The position numbers were made by a program, and so were the translations under genes. From Rhizodiscina lignyota (lineage: Eukaryota): a stretch of DNA of 64,000 nt. The DNA lies in NCBI GenBank assembly GCA_010015805.1, contig ML978126.1:868001-932000 (forward strand), in the 5' to 3' direction. The notes beneath the pieces were generated by a model. It was not told the origin of the DNA. It made no database searches and saw only the letters and a list, made by a program, of their open reading frames with translations. This document shows, in pieces, positions 46,908 to 59,579 of this stretch (position 1 is its first letter; each line of letters begins with the position of its first letter).

Positions 46908-48684
46908 GGGATATCCGCAAATGGTGGGGGTTCGAGGGATTGGGGACTCAGATCGAGATAGTGGGAGTCATTTTCATGGAGATTACAAAGAAGGGTGCCA
47001 AATGAACAACCACGCCGGTGGTGAATCAATGACAATTGCTATCTTTGCGGCATTTTGTCGGCATTCAGCTTTCCATCTCTTCTTGCTCCGGGGACATACG
47101 ATAGAGATCTGTGCAAGGATCGCTGCTGCAAGCAACCAACGCCACAACGCAATGACCACGATTCCTGACCGGCCTTCCCAATTGATTCATGATTGTTCTG
47201 ACTTGATTAATCTACGTAATTCACCACTTTTTACACCCATTCCCCAACGCAAACGAGCGCTCCCCCAACAGGCAGATGAGAGAAGATAGAGGCGCCTCCC
47301 TTGGCTGTCTGCAGTGCTGCACCGCCTCGCGCCTTATTTCCACAGCTCGAGCACAAATGGTGCTGCCTCAGGAATGCGCCTATCAGGCAAAGGAGACCGT
47401 GAGTCACATCGAAAGTGACTTGGGCATCTCTGTTCGAGGCCTTTGGGCACTCAACTCCACTTCCGTCCGGTCAGCAGTTGTATTTCGAATTGTCCACCGA
47501 GGACCCTGTATCTGTTGTTGCTTCGTAAGTCATTACGTGGAGTGCACGCCAGGGTCTTTCAGCTGGTGAACTGTCGCTCGACATGGGCGCTTAGAGCCTC
47601 ATTCCTCGGCTTCGGACATCTCACCCAGGCAGCACGAGCAGAGAAGCAAAACGGAGAGATTTCGAACTTCACCGCACCTCTCAGAGTGCGCGACTGCGGG
47701 ATTAAAGTAAGGGTGGGTTACGACCGAGAGCGGCCGCCAGCCCGCTCGTGATTTTTAGAGGTGAGGCGGTGCACTGCTCGACGCAGCCTCATATTTCGAT
47801 AGTGTGAAACGGAACACCTTCCAATTCGACCTGCCACAACAGTACAACCACGATCCCCCAGCACTCCTCAAAGGGCTGCAGACGGCCAGGAACGCGGTCA
47901 TAACGTCCCTGTCACGCTGTAATTCCGGCAGAAAGCAATCGTGCTTGCTAGAATGGTACCTGGGCTTGTGCAAGGCAGAGCTGCCACTAATGCAGGACAG
48001 GTTAGACGAGGCTGTGCGTTTTCAGCTTCCACCACCAATCAGCGAAAATTCCACCACATTTCCTATCGTGAATGGCTTGGTCAAATCGGTGTGGTACTAT
48101 GTCCTGCAGCAGTGGCTGTGACGTCTTTGCTCCCTGTGCGGCCGTTTCAAAGCCAGCAGCCGGCGCGGACGCTTCTGCGTTAGGGCGTCTTTGATACGTC
48201 CAAATCTGACGCCACATCTCATCCAGTTGCCTTGCCAGCAATTTTCCCTCATCGCAAATGCTGAGCATGCCAACGCGCTAATAGTTACGGCCTTTTGGCT
48301 TGCGGCGCATGCTGGAGATTGTCTATCCATCCCGAGTCCCCCGGTGAGCTTGATGGGCGAGACCGAGGACCGAAAGGTCAGGGTTTGGGGGCCTCTTTTT
48401 GGACCTTTTTGTCGTGTGTGTCATAAGTCCAAGGCAGCGAGGCGCTGCAATTGGTTTCTTAAAGGCGTTGCCTGATTGTCCCCTGCTCGCCCTCTCTCCG
48501 CCCTAGTCTGTCATGAGGCCGCTCAGGATTCAAATAGTATTGTACTTCGCCTGCTTTGTGCCTTCTTCAATCAACAGACCAAGCCTTCGAACAGTCTTAA
48601 AAGCCTCGCAAGCCACTTTGCACTACCTGACTCCTTTTATTCCTACATCTGAGACACAAGACCAAGCAGACATCAATCCAAACA

Positions 48685-48876
48685 ATGTCGGTTACGAAAT
48701 CAAACTCCTTCTTCACGATTGTGTTGAACGACACGAAGCCAAACAACTTCAACGACGAACGGAAAGCGGCCACACTGATATACATCAAAGGAACGCGGCC
48801 AGCACCAATGAAAGGGGGGCCATCAAAAGCAGGAGTTGACGATGATGATGATGACCAGAAGACCGGAGGAAATTAG
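48685..48876 (+). CDS. Putative 63-aa small protein of unknown function
   Basis: Strong start context caaacaATGT, a C/A-rich leader and fungal-style codon use (AAC, TTC, TAC). It lies alone in a ~3.4-kb gap between recognisable genes. Confidence 0.45.
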   Translation: MSVTKSNSFFTIVLNDTKPNNFNDERKAATLIYIKGTRPAPMKGGPSKAGVDDDDDDQKTGGN

Positions 48877-50317
48877 ATGAAGAGAAAATGTTCGTCGTCG
48901 AGATGATGAGCGTTGGAGAATGGTGTTGATGGTTACCTCATAGGGCAATGACTCGCTCGCAGCTCGGAGATCCCAGCAGCGACATTCATTCCGAGTCACC
49001 AAAAAAATATCCCGGACACCAAACGACGAGACGACCAAAAATTCAACGACCAAAAAAATTCGATTCTTTTCGTTGACGATGCTGCCACTCTGACAGAACG
49101 CAGAGTGGCTCATCGCCGACTCCAGCAACACATTTTGGATAGACGGCATCCTGTCACCGGTCAACCGCACTGTCTCTGCCTCAAGGCAGCAAGCGCACGG
49201 CCTTGCTTTCCCTACAACATTGCATAGCGAGGCGTTCACGGTCTGCACTTCTCTCATCCAGTGGCAGGCAGGCCTTGCATCGCTTCTCATGTTTGGGATG
49301 TACGGAGTACTTGGGTCATCATAGAGTAGAAGGATTGGGTTGTCTTTCGCCCCGGCTCGTCTCGCGGCGCAGCGACGGTTATGGCATTGGGTACTGCTGG
49401 CGTTGGTGGAGCATTGGACTTTGATTGCATGATTGAAGGAGGAACGAAGACTGTACGATCAGATTGTCAGACATAGAACAAGGGCAGAATGATATGATTA
49501 TGAGAGATGAAGAAGACGACAAGGAGGAGAAGTCAACGTTCCAAGATTGAAACTCGGGTTTTAGGTAGAAATGCATTGGGATAGGAGGTAGGATTCGCAT
49601 CCAATGAAAACGGCTGAATGCCAGCGCACTCCTCTCCACAAAAATGACTCGCACGTGGACATTTTAGGTCTCCTTAGTCCCCATCTCGCGCCTCCGCGCC
49701 GTCTCACTCACCTACCTCTTCCCTCGTCCGAAGCCGTCGACACAATTTTCACGATCCCCACATGCCTCCATCAATCCTTTCTCTTGCACGTGTAGCGATC
49801 GCCGACCCCTTCGATGCTAATGTGGCCTTTGCGGCCCGCAACCGCTCGATGACTTGCGCCCAGGGCTCCGCTCCCAGGACACCCGCAGGCTATTACGAAA
49901 TGAATTGCCGGATGGAGCATCGCGCTCCTACATCGCAACGAATCTTGCACCTAAGCTGTCCAGGACGCTGTCAGTGTTGGCAGGAGGGGAATGTTTCATG
50001 TCATCTCGCGTGTAACTGCGTCAGTGAGGTGGAAATTCCAAGCAATGGCGCGAGGCGAGCTGGTCACGTTGGAGTAGTGGCTCCTGGCGATTGAAGCCCG
50101 CGGAGTTGAAGACGTGATACAAGTACCTGGGTAGGCGATCGTCGTGTTCAGCTTTCGTTTTTCTTGTATATGCGAGTCTCGCGTCATTCCTAGAGTAATT
50201 GTCGTTGTTCTGCGCTCCCTTTGTTCTCGTATACTCAACCTCCTTCTCATCTCACTATCAACCTTCAAGACGGATCAGACACCTTTATTACCAAAGCACG
50301 GGAGGACATCAGGCACT

Positions 50318-50877
50318 ATGGGAAGCGGAGGTGACAGCGCCGTCACCCACACTGGTCGTGGAGGTGCTGGTAAGCAATTGACTCTAGTTGGCATTCCATC
50401 TGACCATGATTGTCTTTGTTGCGCTTCCACGAACCTCCCCAGACCATCGAAATTTGGGACGGCGCAAATCACATTTGCGCTAATCGCTGTCCTAAGACTT
50501 TCCATAAATTTACGCGCTTCGAAATTGACGATTGTCTCATAGGAAACATAAAACCCAAGTCTCCCTCGATCAAGCCCATCGACCTCTCCACTCCCACCCT
50601 CAAGCAATCAACCTACACAACGGGCCGTGGTGGAACTGGCAACATGGCGCGTAACGACCCGGATCATCCAGAGATTGCCCGCGCGGCGCAAGACGTCGAG
50701 GCACCTCGTGCGACAGGAAAGACTAGCACCGAAGCCAACTTCCATGTTGGCAGAGGCGGCGCGGCGAATGTGGTGAGGAGCAGTGAGGACAGCGGCGCGA
50801 CCCAGAGGAGTGGAAGCAAGGAGAGGGCAGCACATCTGGTGGATAAAGGGAAGGAGATGCTTGGTCTGAAGAAATAG
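50318..50877 (+). CDS. DUF3602 / Par32-like small protein with GRGGAGN repeats (exons 50318-50369, 50543-50877)
   Basis: The spliced product contains HTGRGGAGNI, YTTGRGGTGNM and HVGRGGAANV. Intron 50370-50542 (GTAAGC..TTGAC..TAG). Confidence 0.85.
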
Positions 50878-51817
50878 AGGTCGTCTACCTCCGCGCAGAA
50901 CAGAATGTCTCGATTAAGCTTGGAGTCGGAGTTTGGACACGGGCAGATGGGAGTGCCAAACGTTTCGGCCCTGAGCATTTCGGTTCTCGTCACTGTTTTT
51001 GGTGACAAAAGCAGCTCCCCTGTCGTCGCCCTTAAGCTGGACGATTTTTCCGTCTCGTTTCTGTTTTGGAATCGGTAATAGCAACGAATTTGACACTTGA
51101 ATCTATCGAAAGCTCGGCAATTCCGATGATCCCAAAATACATCTGTCAAAGCTCATCGGACAATTTCAGCAGCGGGGAGTGCGGTGCTGCGTACCCTGCA
51201 TTTGTTCAATGCTTGACTCGCTCCCACGCAAGACGTCACTTCAAACAGAGTGCTGAGAGGCTTGCCAAATGCATGTCATCCATTATCATGAAACTCCAGC
51301 CGAAACTACACGCTTGAATCAGTTTTGAATCGATAGTGGCACCGCCCCAGCCACATTCTCTCATCTCCACTTTCTGCTCCAGCCCCGTGCTCGCGCCCAT
51401 GCACGTCAGCTGCGCTGCCAGAAAACTTGCGCGCAAGTCCATGGAACCTGCTCAGCCTCGTCTGCAATTTGAACCACCCACCCTCTTGATCTTGCGGACG
51501 CTCCCGAGGTCTCGGCCGCAGTTGCACTCCTGGCAAGTTCAAAAGCTTCCTTCCGTCTCTTCTTTCCTGCTGTGCCTCTTCTCTTGTCCTCAGGCTTCAA
51601 CTCTCTTCCGTTTTCGAGTGGCCAAGCACCCCACAGTTTTTGGATCTGCTCTTCCTGCAGACCCTTCCCCTCCGCCTAGCTCCAAAGATCGTCAGGTCCC
51701 GTTTCGTCCACTCACCTTTGCTGCTCGCGGCGCACGACAGAAGGATCTATCCTCTCCCGCAGCGGACAAACAATCCCAGGAACCTATTTTTAAGACGTCA
51801 AGCAAACATCGCACAAC

Positions 51818-52345
51818 ATGTGCCTCTTCAGCGTCCGTCGCGAGGAAGACTACGAACCGGTGCGCATTCGCGAGCGCCGTACACACGTTGTCCACCGAGA
51901 CCGCGCTCCTTCAATCAGAGCGTCGCGCGTCTCAGTCCAATCGACACACAGGGAGAGGGACTCCGCATACAGAGTCCCTGCACCAACCGCTCTCGCTATT
52001 CCAGCTCCGCAGCCAGTCCCAGTCTTCATCAAGCCCCCGACTCCTCCACCAGCTGCCCAAGCGACAGAAGCGCACTACGTGACAGTCTCTCCACGGAGCA
52101 GCTCCGAGGATAGCTACTACAGGAGAGAAGTGAGAGTCGAGAGGGACTATAGCCCTGCGAGGAGCCATCACAGCCATAGGAGTCGGAGCAGAGATAATCG
52201 TGGCAAAGATGATCGGTACGAGTATCAATATGTAGATGCGCCGCCCAGAAGTAGGAGCAGGCACCGCAGCAGGAGCCGATACGAGGATGATTATGACATT
52301 GAGTATACGAGGACGAGGGAGAGGGATAGGAGATATTATGATTGA
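51818..52345 (+). CDS. 175-aa Arg/Ser/Tyr-rich low-complexity protein of unknown function
   Basis: Good start context (acaacATG) and a pyrimidine-rich upstream region. The composition is coherent (RSRSR and RRYYD tracts, Pro-rich linker). Confidence 0.65.
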   Translation: MCLFSVRREEDYEPVRIRERRTHVVHRDRAPSIRASRVSVQSTHRERDSAYRVPAPTALAIPAPQPVPVFIKPPTPPPAAQATEAHYVTVSPRSSSEDSYYRREVRVERDYSPARSHHSHRSRSRDNRGKDDRYEYQYVDAPPRSRSRHRSRSRYEDDYDIEYTRTRERDRRYYD

Positions 52346-52867
52346 GTGGCTTGTCTTTCGACAAGGCTGAGAAGAGTTCGATTCTCATATTCGGAGGAAC
52401 ATTCATGAAATCTTTGTGTATGCTTCCGGATATGGATGGCTACTTATGACATGATTTACGACATGCTTTTCACGGATATAGGCGAGGTAATGATTTATTT
52501 TGGCTTCACGATGAGAAGTTGGTATTATTCTCGCGCTCATAGATACGTTTGGGAATAGTATTGCAAAACTTTATGCAATTACACAGATTCCACGTTCCGA
52601 GCTCTGCACCTTGAGCAAATAAAAATATAGTTTTGCTTGGCTGCCTCAGGCATTAAGTGAATTGTTGTCAGTATACGTCACACATCGTGATGATGCGCAC
52701 GAGACATTTTCACGCGCAAACATGAAAATCACATTCCAACCACCAACAACGAAAAGCTTCAGCATGCGACCAACCACCTGCACACATCACAAATAACCTC
52801 CAATCCCGTCGTCTCTTCCGGCTCGCGTGTTCCGATCCGCTCGCGGGATCGAGAATGGGCTGAGACC

Positions 52868-55800
52868 ATGTCCATCCGCCTCTTAATCCGCGACTGGCCC
52901 AGTCGCTCGATCGCGCTCGCGACCTCCTCGCACGCCCTCATATTCCGCAGCAGCGGTTCGACCACTGCAGAACCTGCAGCGCATAACTTCAATGCCTCGT
53001 CGACCTCTCTGCCCGGCAACGGCCCCTCCGCGTACAAGATCGCCGTCGAGTTCGCACCTCTCGACAAGGTGGAACTGGAGGATTACCGAAGCTTAAGCAG
53101 TCTGAGCGTATATGGGACACTTGGGCTGATCACTCTTCAAGGAGAAGTGTTTCTATGCGTCGTAAGTGCGGCGGCTAAGACTGCGGCGGTGAGGCCTGGA
53201 GAGACAGTGCAGAGGATAATTGCTGTCGAGTTCCACTGTCTAAGTAGCTCGAACTATGATCACATTCTTAACGATGAGATAAATCCATATCCTACAGATA
53301 CGCTTGGAGACGATGGTTTCGAGTACGGGTCGGGCCAGGGCAAGAATCAGGGCGTGGTGGAACATCCTGCGATGGCGCTGAAGAAGCTGTTGAGCAGCGG
53401 GACGTTCTATTACAGCGCGGACTTTGATCTCACGAAGAGAATACAAGACCGAATGGCAGATGAGCATACGATTGCACTAGACAGTCTGGAGGGAGGCTTC
53501 CTATGGAACTCGTACATGATCCAGCCTCTCGTGGACTTTCGCTCGCGGCTGTCACAGCGAGAAAAAAGTGCACTGGACGCTTCGAAAATCCTCACATCTG
53601 CGATCAGAGGCTTTGCCTACACCATCAATATACCTGCCTCGTCTTCGCCTGCGCGGACTACCACTACTGGCCTTGCTTCGGCACTTACTCTTATCTCCCG
53701 CCTGTCGTGCAGAAGAGCTGGTACAAGGTTCAATAGCCGTGGTATTGACGACGACGGCAATGTCGCCAATTTCGTAGAGACGGAAACGATCTTCTGGTCT
53801 CCTTCCGGCATATGCTTCTCGTATGTTCAAGTACGCGGCAGCGTGCCAATCTTTTGGGAACAAGCAACTGGCTTGCTGCCAGGACAGCAGAAAATCACAG
53901 TCACACGCAGTGCGGAGGCGACGCAGCCGGCATTCGACAAGCACTTTGAAGGGCTGGAAGTCAGCTACGGGGCAGTTCACGTTGTCAATCTCCTTAGCCA
54001 CGAGAAGCCGGGAGAAATAGACCTTGCGGAGCGATACCACTATCACATCAGGCACAGCGTACTCAACAGGCCCGAACGAGATGAGAAAGGCGACGTGGTT
54101 GAAACTAGGCACCAGATGCTCATGGAGACTGAATACGATTTCCATGCCGAAACGAAAGGACCAACTGGATACGAGGCGGCAAATGGCATCAGACGCTATA
54201 TTCAGGATTCGGCGGATGGCTTTGCATATTTCCTATGTGAGGACGTAGAGGATCATCCCAGCTCCGGAGACAAGAAAGGTACCTATCTGATTAGAAGGCC
54301 CGTCCCAATTCTGCATCAGGAAGGTGTTTTCCGCACAAACTGTCTTGATTGCCTCGACCGCACCAATCTTGTCCAAACTATCGTTAGTCAGATGGCACTT
54401 GAGGAATTCCTCGGCCATCGCTCGGAACGTGGATCTCCAGATTTCTGGATGCGGCACTCAAGTCTATGGGCGGACAATGGCGATACTCTGAGCAAGATCT
54501 ATGCAGGCACCGGCGCTCTGAAGAGCTCTTTTACGAGAAGTGGGAAGATGAGTCTTGCGGGTGCTCTTGCAGACGTGAGGAAGAGCGCTACAAGGGCTTA
54601 CATTAACAATTTTGCGGATAAAGGGAGACAGAATACCATCGATATGCTTCTTGTGGGTGTTTTACTCAAAGCGAAGTGTGATAGAAATCTAACACAAACA
54701 GGGGAGATTAATCGAACAAAAACCGGTCCACCTTTTCGATCCAATCAATGACTACGTTCAGATGGAGCTCAACCGCCGAGCTGGAGAGTACTCATCCACA
54801 TCCAACATCAACATCCTAGTTGCTACATTCAACCTTAATGGCAAAGCCGAAGGGTTGTCAGCAGATCTTTCTCCTTGGTTATGTCCGAAGCTTCCATCTT
54901 TGGCTCAAAAGACACCGGAAATTGTTGCCGTTGGGTTCCAGGAGATCGTTGAACTCAGTCCACAGCAGATCATGTCCACTGACCCAGCACCGCGACAAGC
55001 GTGGGAGCATGCAGTGGTGCAGACGCTGAACGAAAATGCGAAGCAAATGGGTGAAGAGGAGTATGTTCTGTTGAGAGGAGGCCAGCTCGTAGGCGCAAGC
55101 TTGAGCGTCTTTGTGAAGGCTGGTGCTCTCCCCGGCATTAAGAACGTGGAAGGAGCTGTCAAGAAAACGGGCTTGTCGGGAATGGCAGGTAATAAGGGAG
55201 CGGTAGCCATTCGTATGGAATACCGAAATACTTCGATTTGCCTGGTTACAGCGCATTTGGCTGCCGGATTCGCGAACTACGAGGAACGGAACCGAGATTA
55301 TAAGACCATTAGCCACGGTCTACGGTTCCAAAGAAACAGATCTATTGAGGACCACGACACCGTGATCTGGCTCGGGGACTTCAATTACCGGATCGGCCTC
55401 AGCGATGATAAGGTGCGTCGGCTGATTGAGGTTGGTGATCTCGAGACGCTGTACAAAAATGACCAGCTCAACTTGCAAATGGTCTACGGTCTGACGTTTC
55501 CGTACTACTCGGAGGCCCGAATCACTTTCGACCCAACTTACAAGTACGACCTTGGAACAGACAATTACGACTCGAGCGACAAGCAACGCATTCCAGCATG
55601 GTGTGATCGCGTGCTGAGAAAGGGCGATAATCTGCGGCAGATTGCTTATGATGCTGCGCCATTGAAGTTTTCTGATCATAGACCTGTGTTTGCATCGTTT
55701 GAATGCACAATTAGCATCATAGACGAGAAGAGGAGAGAGAAGATGAATGCAGAAATTTACAAGATGAGGAAAGCGAGCCTTGGCGCTAGGAGCCGGATTG

Positions 55801-56894
55801 GTTCTTTGGTGTCTGATGGATTAGAAGATGAGGATGAGGATGAGGAAGAACTCCTTGGCTACGATCCCATCGAACCCGGCCTCCCACCCGCAAGCTCTGA
55901 TAAAAGAAAGTGGTGGCTGGATAATGGATATCCGGCAAGGTCAACGGTGGTGCCTCCGAAGAACGGTATGGCGCCGAATCCGCATCGTCCTGCTAACCCT
56001 TTCACGCCCAGCTCAGAACCAGACTGGGTGCACGTTGAGCGAGATCTTGGTGCTCCACGGCTACCACCTCGGACAAACACAAGCAGCAGCGTTTCATCAA
56101 CTGCGCCGTCTTCAAACGGCACGGTCGGACCACCTCGACAAATAGCAAGACGGAGGGTGCCTCCGCCTATGGACCCTTCAAAATCATTCACTCCTCCGCC
56201 GGACATTGGAAGACGTCCAATGTCGCAAATTGACAGCATTTCAGACGTGAGGCGATCTCAGCTCGACCGTTCAGACTCACGCGCATCGGTCCAATCCTTA
56301 CCACTACGCCCATCTCTCCCGCCCAAACCATCCACAAACAACGGTATAGTCCCACCTCCCACACCAGGCCGCAAGCCTTCTCAGAAAGGAGCACCTGCAA
56401 TCCCAAGGAAACCCCCCATGCTCAGCGCCCAAAGCACCGGCAACGCATCGCTCTTCTCACCAGCCGATGACGAAAGGAGATTGTCGTACGTTACTGCTGC
56501 AGAGAGTCTAACCCCGAGCATCTCGCGAGAATCTCGCCCAGATTCCCCGGCACAAACACCACAGCCTCCGCCGCCGAGACGAGGCGGAACGCCTCTCGCG
56601 GCTACAACGACGGCTTCTCCGCCGGGACCGCATAAGTTGCAGAAGACGCAAACTGCGTCGACGTTGTCGTCGGCTTCGACGGCTACGTTGGCGCCGGGTC
56701 CGGCACCGGGGAAGCTGAGGAAGACGCCGAGTCCGTCGAGACAAGGAAGGGGGAACGAGGCGGGTGTCATTCCGGCACTGCCCCCGAGGAGGGGAACGGG
56801 AGGTCCTGGAGCTGTGGGCAATGTGATGGATTTGGATGATGAAGGGGATAGAGAAGGGCTGAGGGATTGGGAGGTGCTACGGCCGGGACAGTGA
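52868..56894 (+). CDS. Synaptojanin-like polyphosphoinositide phosphatase (Sac1 domain + inositol 5-phosphatase + Pro-rich tail; Inp52/Inp53/Syj1-like); exons 52868-54652, 54702-56894
   Basis: Sac1 motifs RRAGTRFNSRGIDDDGNVANFVETE and RTNCLDCLDRTN. 5-phosphatase motifs WLGDFNYRI and PAWCDRVL..SDHRPV. Intron 54653-54701. Confidence 0.95.
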
Positions 56895-57511
56895 GCTGGA
56901 ACTGGGCTTTGTATGTTAGCGAAATGAAAGGCTTGGTTTGATTGGAAGACTTCATCACGTTGCTCCTAGAGCTGTCAGTGATACCCTGGTGTCGAAAACA
57001 TGATCTCGTCAGAACTCACGGCCTACGATTCGCATATATCCCATGCAGGTGGAGAGATTTTGTGTCGGAAATTTGAATAATCTTTTCCCGGGCTGACTTG
57101 CCAAAGGTTTCATCATCATGGTGTTTAGTTGCTGATCAACAGCGCCCAAGACTAATGAACAGTAGCAATAGAGCGCAATGAAGCACAATCACTTGCAGAG
57201 ATTTTCAGAGCAAAAAGGGGTTCGCCCTGCACATGCTACTAACACAGGCCCATGGAACCGTGGAAGTTTGTTTGTTGATCTCGGGAAAATACTGCATCTT
57301 CTACGTTTTATGTTGTGAGCATCCGCACCGCAGCGGTACATGTTACAGAAATTCAAGCACAAAGGGGGTCCTCGAGAACTCGAAATTTGAACTGGATACA
57401 GTTTTGACAGTACAGAAATCTCTTCAGACGGATATATTGTCACACTGTGCCTCCTAGTCACTCCGAAGACCCATGGGTGCAGCCTGTCACTCAATGTTGT
57501 TCTAATTAGCA

Positions 57512-58792
57512 TTACCATGAAGATATCAGTTCGTTACTAGGCTCGCTCTTCTCATCCACCACCTTTCTCGCACCCTCCGCCCCGACGACTGGTAATCTCT
57601 TCACTCCCTTGTCGCTAAAGCTTTTCGGAACTGCTTTCGGATCCAACAGGCCCACCTGGACGAGCACGCTCGCCTGGTCCCAGTAGATGTGCTCGTGATA
57701 CAGCTTGCCGCCTCTGATGCAGACTACACTCACGAGCGCAACCTCCACTGATTTGCCTGTCGGAGGAATATCAGGCAGCATCCACGGCACTTCTTGCGTG
57801 TGGTCGAAGGAGAATAGCATCTCGTCAACGACACGATCCGTGCCGATTGTACGTGAGAGCAGACGCACATTGGTAGATGGCGGGTTGTTGGGGATAAAGA
57901 ATTCGTCGTAGAAGCGGTGCAAGTCGTCTTGTCCGATGCCGCCGGTCATCGTCGGGACGTGGTTGACGTACGGTCGCTCGATCATCGTGGCCATCGTCAT
58001 GTCCGCGTCTTTCGCCTTGAACTCAACTGCATGACGTCAATATAAAGTCTTAACGGAGCAAGTGGCGCTCCAATGCGGTTGCATACGCTCGAGGTGATTC
58101 TCCCACACCTTCTCTAGCTCCACTTCCACCTGGAAGCCCTTCCTCACGGCCGCTAAACTCCTGGTCCACGCTAATCGTTCCGCGACTTTGTCGTACTCTT
58201 CAAGGTCGTGCTCCGCAAAGCCCGGCTCCACCTCTAGATACGTGTAGCTCGGATAAGAAAGGGTCGTTAACAACCCTCCCGTTCCTTTGCCGGGGCTCAC
58301 TTTCTTCGTGACCGTCCGCCGCTTTCCCTGGATCCCCAGCATCTCCTTGTTGCGGGTCACACCGACCTCGTCGCCTGCCAGGTGCACAACGACGTGCATG
58401 TGCACTGGAAATGGCCGATGGGGGTCCGTGACCGCGGAGGGATAGTAGGCCACCAGCGCGCAGATCCTTGGCATATTGTGCCGAAACGTCTCCATGCAAA
58501 CGGTCGCAGCATCTCCAAAGGCGACGATGGCAAAGTGCTCTCCCAAACTCATGTTCTTGTCCAAGCTCTTCAGCGTACTGACGTACTGCTGGCCCCCTTG
58601 GCCGTAAGGGAGAAAGGTCACGACGAAGCCTTCTTCGCGCCAGTGCCGGAGCGTGACCTGGTCGAACTCCTCTTCCGTGTCGACTTCGGCGGTGATGTAG
58701 ACGTGACATGTCTTCGGGTCGTTGAACTTTGAAAGGAAGCCTCCTGTGCCGGCGGGTATGTTGAGCGGGACCTTGACCTCGACGGTTGCCAT
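57512..58792 (-). CDS. Dienelactone-hydrolase-like + SnoaL/NTF2-like two-domain protein (exons 58087-58792, 57512-58026)
   Basis: Motifs ALVAYYP, SYTY....PGFAEHDLEEYDKVAERLAWTRSL, then TMATMIERPYVNHVPTMTGGIG, SRTIGTDRVVDEM, PWMLP.IPPTGK and HEHIYWDQASVLVQVGLLDP. Intron 58027-58086. An alternative in-frame ATG lies at 58819. Confidence 0.88.
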
Positions 58793-59579
58793 TGTGCCCG
58801 CTGTTCGTTTCTTGCGCATATGAAATCGGGAACTCAGGCAGGAGCTTAGGATATTGAATGGAGTGCAGGCATTCCACTCACAAGGTCACTGCGCAACTCG
58901 CAAACCTGCCGGGCTAAGAGAACCGATTGTCGGCATCCCACGTCATTGCGAACGAGGGGCAGGGATAGCTGATAAGATCGCGGGGAACCCTCTGGGTCCG
59001 CGTGGCCACTAAGGCGACCGTGCTATGGGTACGTGGCCACCTGGAGATGGGCACGTTAGCACCTGTGCACCAGGGTGGGGGTATCCGGCCTATTCTCGGC
59101 GAGATCGAGCTGTCAAACGAGTGGCAGTCTTGATTGGAAAGGCACGCTCCCACGCCTTTGGCCCTCACTCGAACTCTATTCTGACTTCATGTCTTTGGAT
59201 CCTCCGTTTGCGACCTGGCATCAATGCAAACAACAGCCAGTCCTCTTAATCTAAGTTTTGCGGCCTCGTTGTACATCCCTTAGCGTTCTATGATAACTTT
59301 TTTTGAGGCACGCGACCTGTTTCCTATTTCATCTGCTGAGGCGTTCGCGATAATCCCGGTTCATGGGATTATTTCCATCTTCGTCAGTCATGAATGTGGA
59401 CGATTACTTCGTCATTCTTATGATTTAGTGAAATAAGTGCACATTTGGCATTTGAATGCGTGACTCCGGATTTCTTGCATGTTCACCATCTCATGCTTTT
59501 CAGAAATGAAACCAGGTGCTTGGTATCTTGATAAATTAACTATGTACGCGAACTTCTAAAATCGTCGCCAAGAAAATCG

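Noticed and set aside
48345..48385. TTGATGG..GACC-GAAA-GGTC, reminiscent of a hammerhead ribozyme
   Set aside because: The CUGAUGA core is not matched, GAAA sits as a hairpin loop rather than in the core, and stems I and III were not found.
51336..52113. 248-aa and 157-aa plus-strand ORFs overlapping the 175-aa gene
   Set aside because: They have non-ATG starts and span a CT-rich promoter/5' UTR. The ATG-initiated 51818-52345 frame has a better context.
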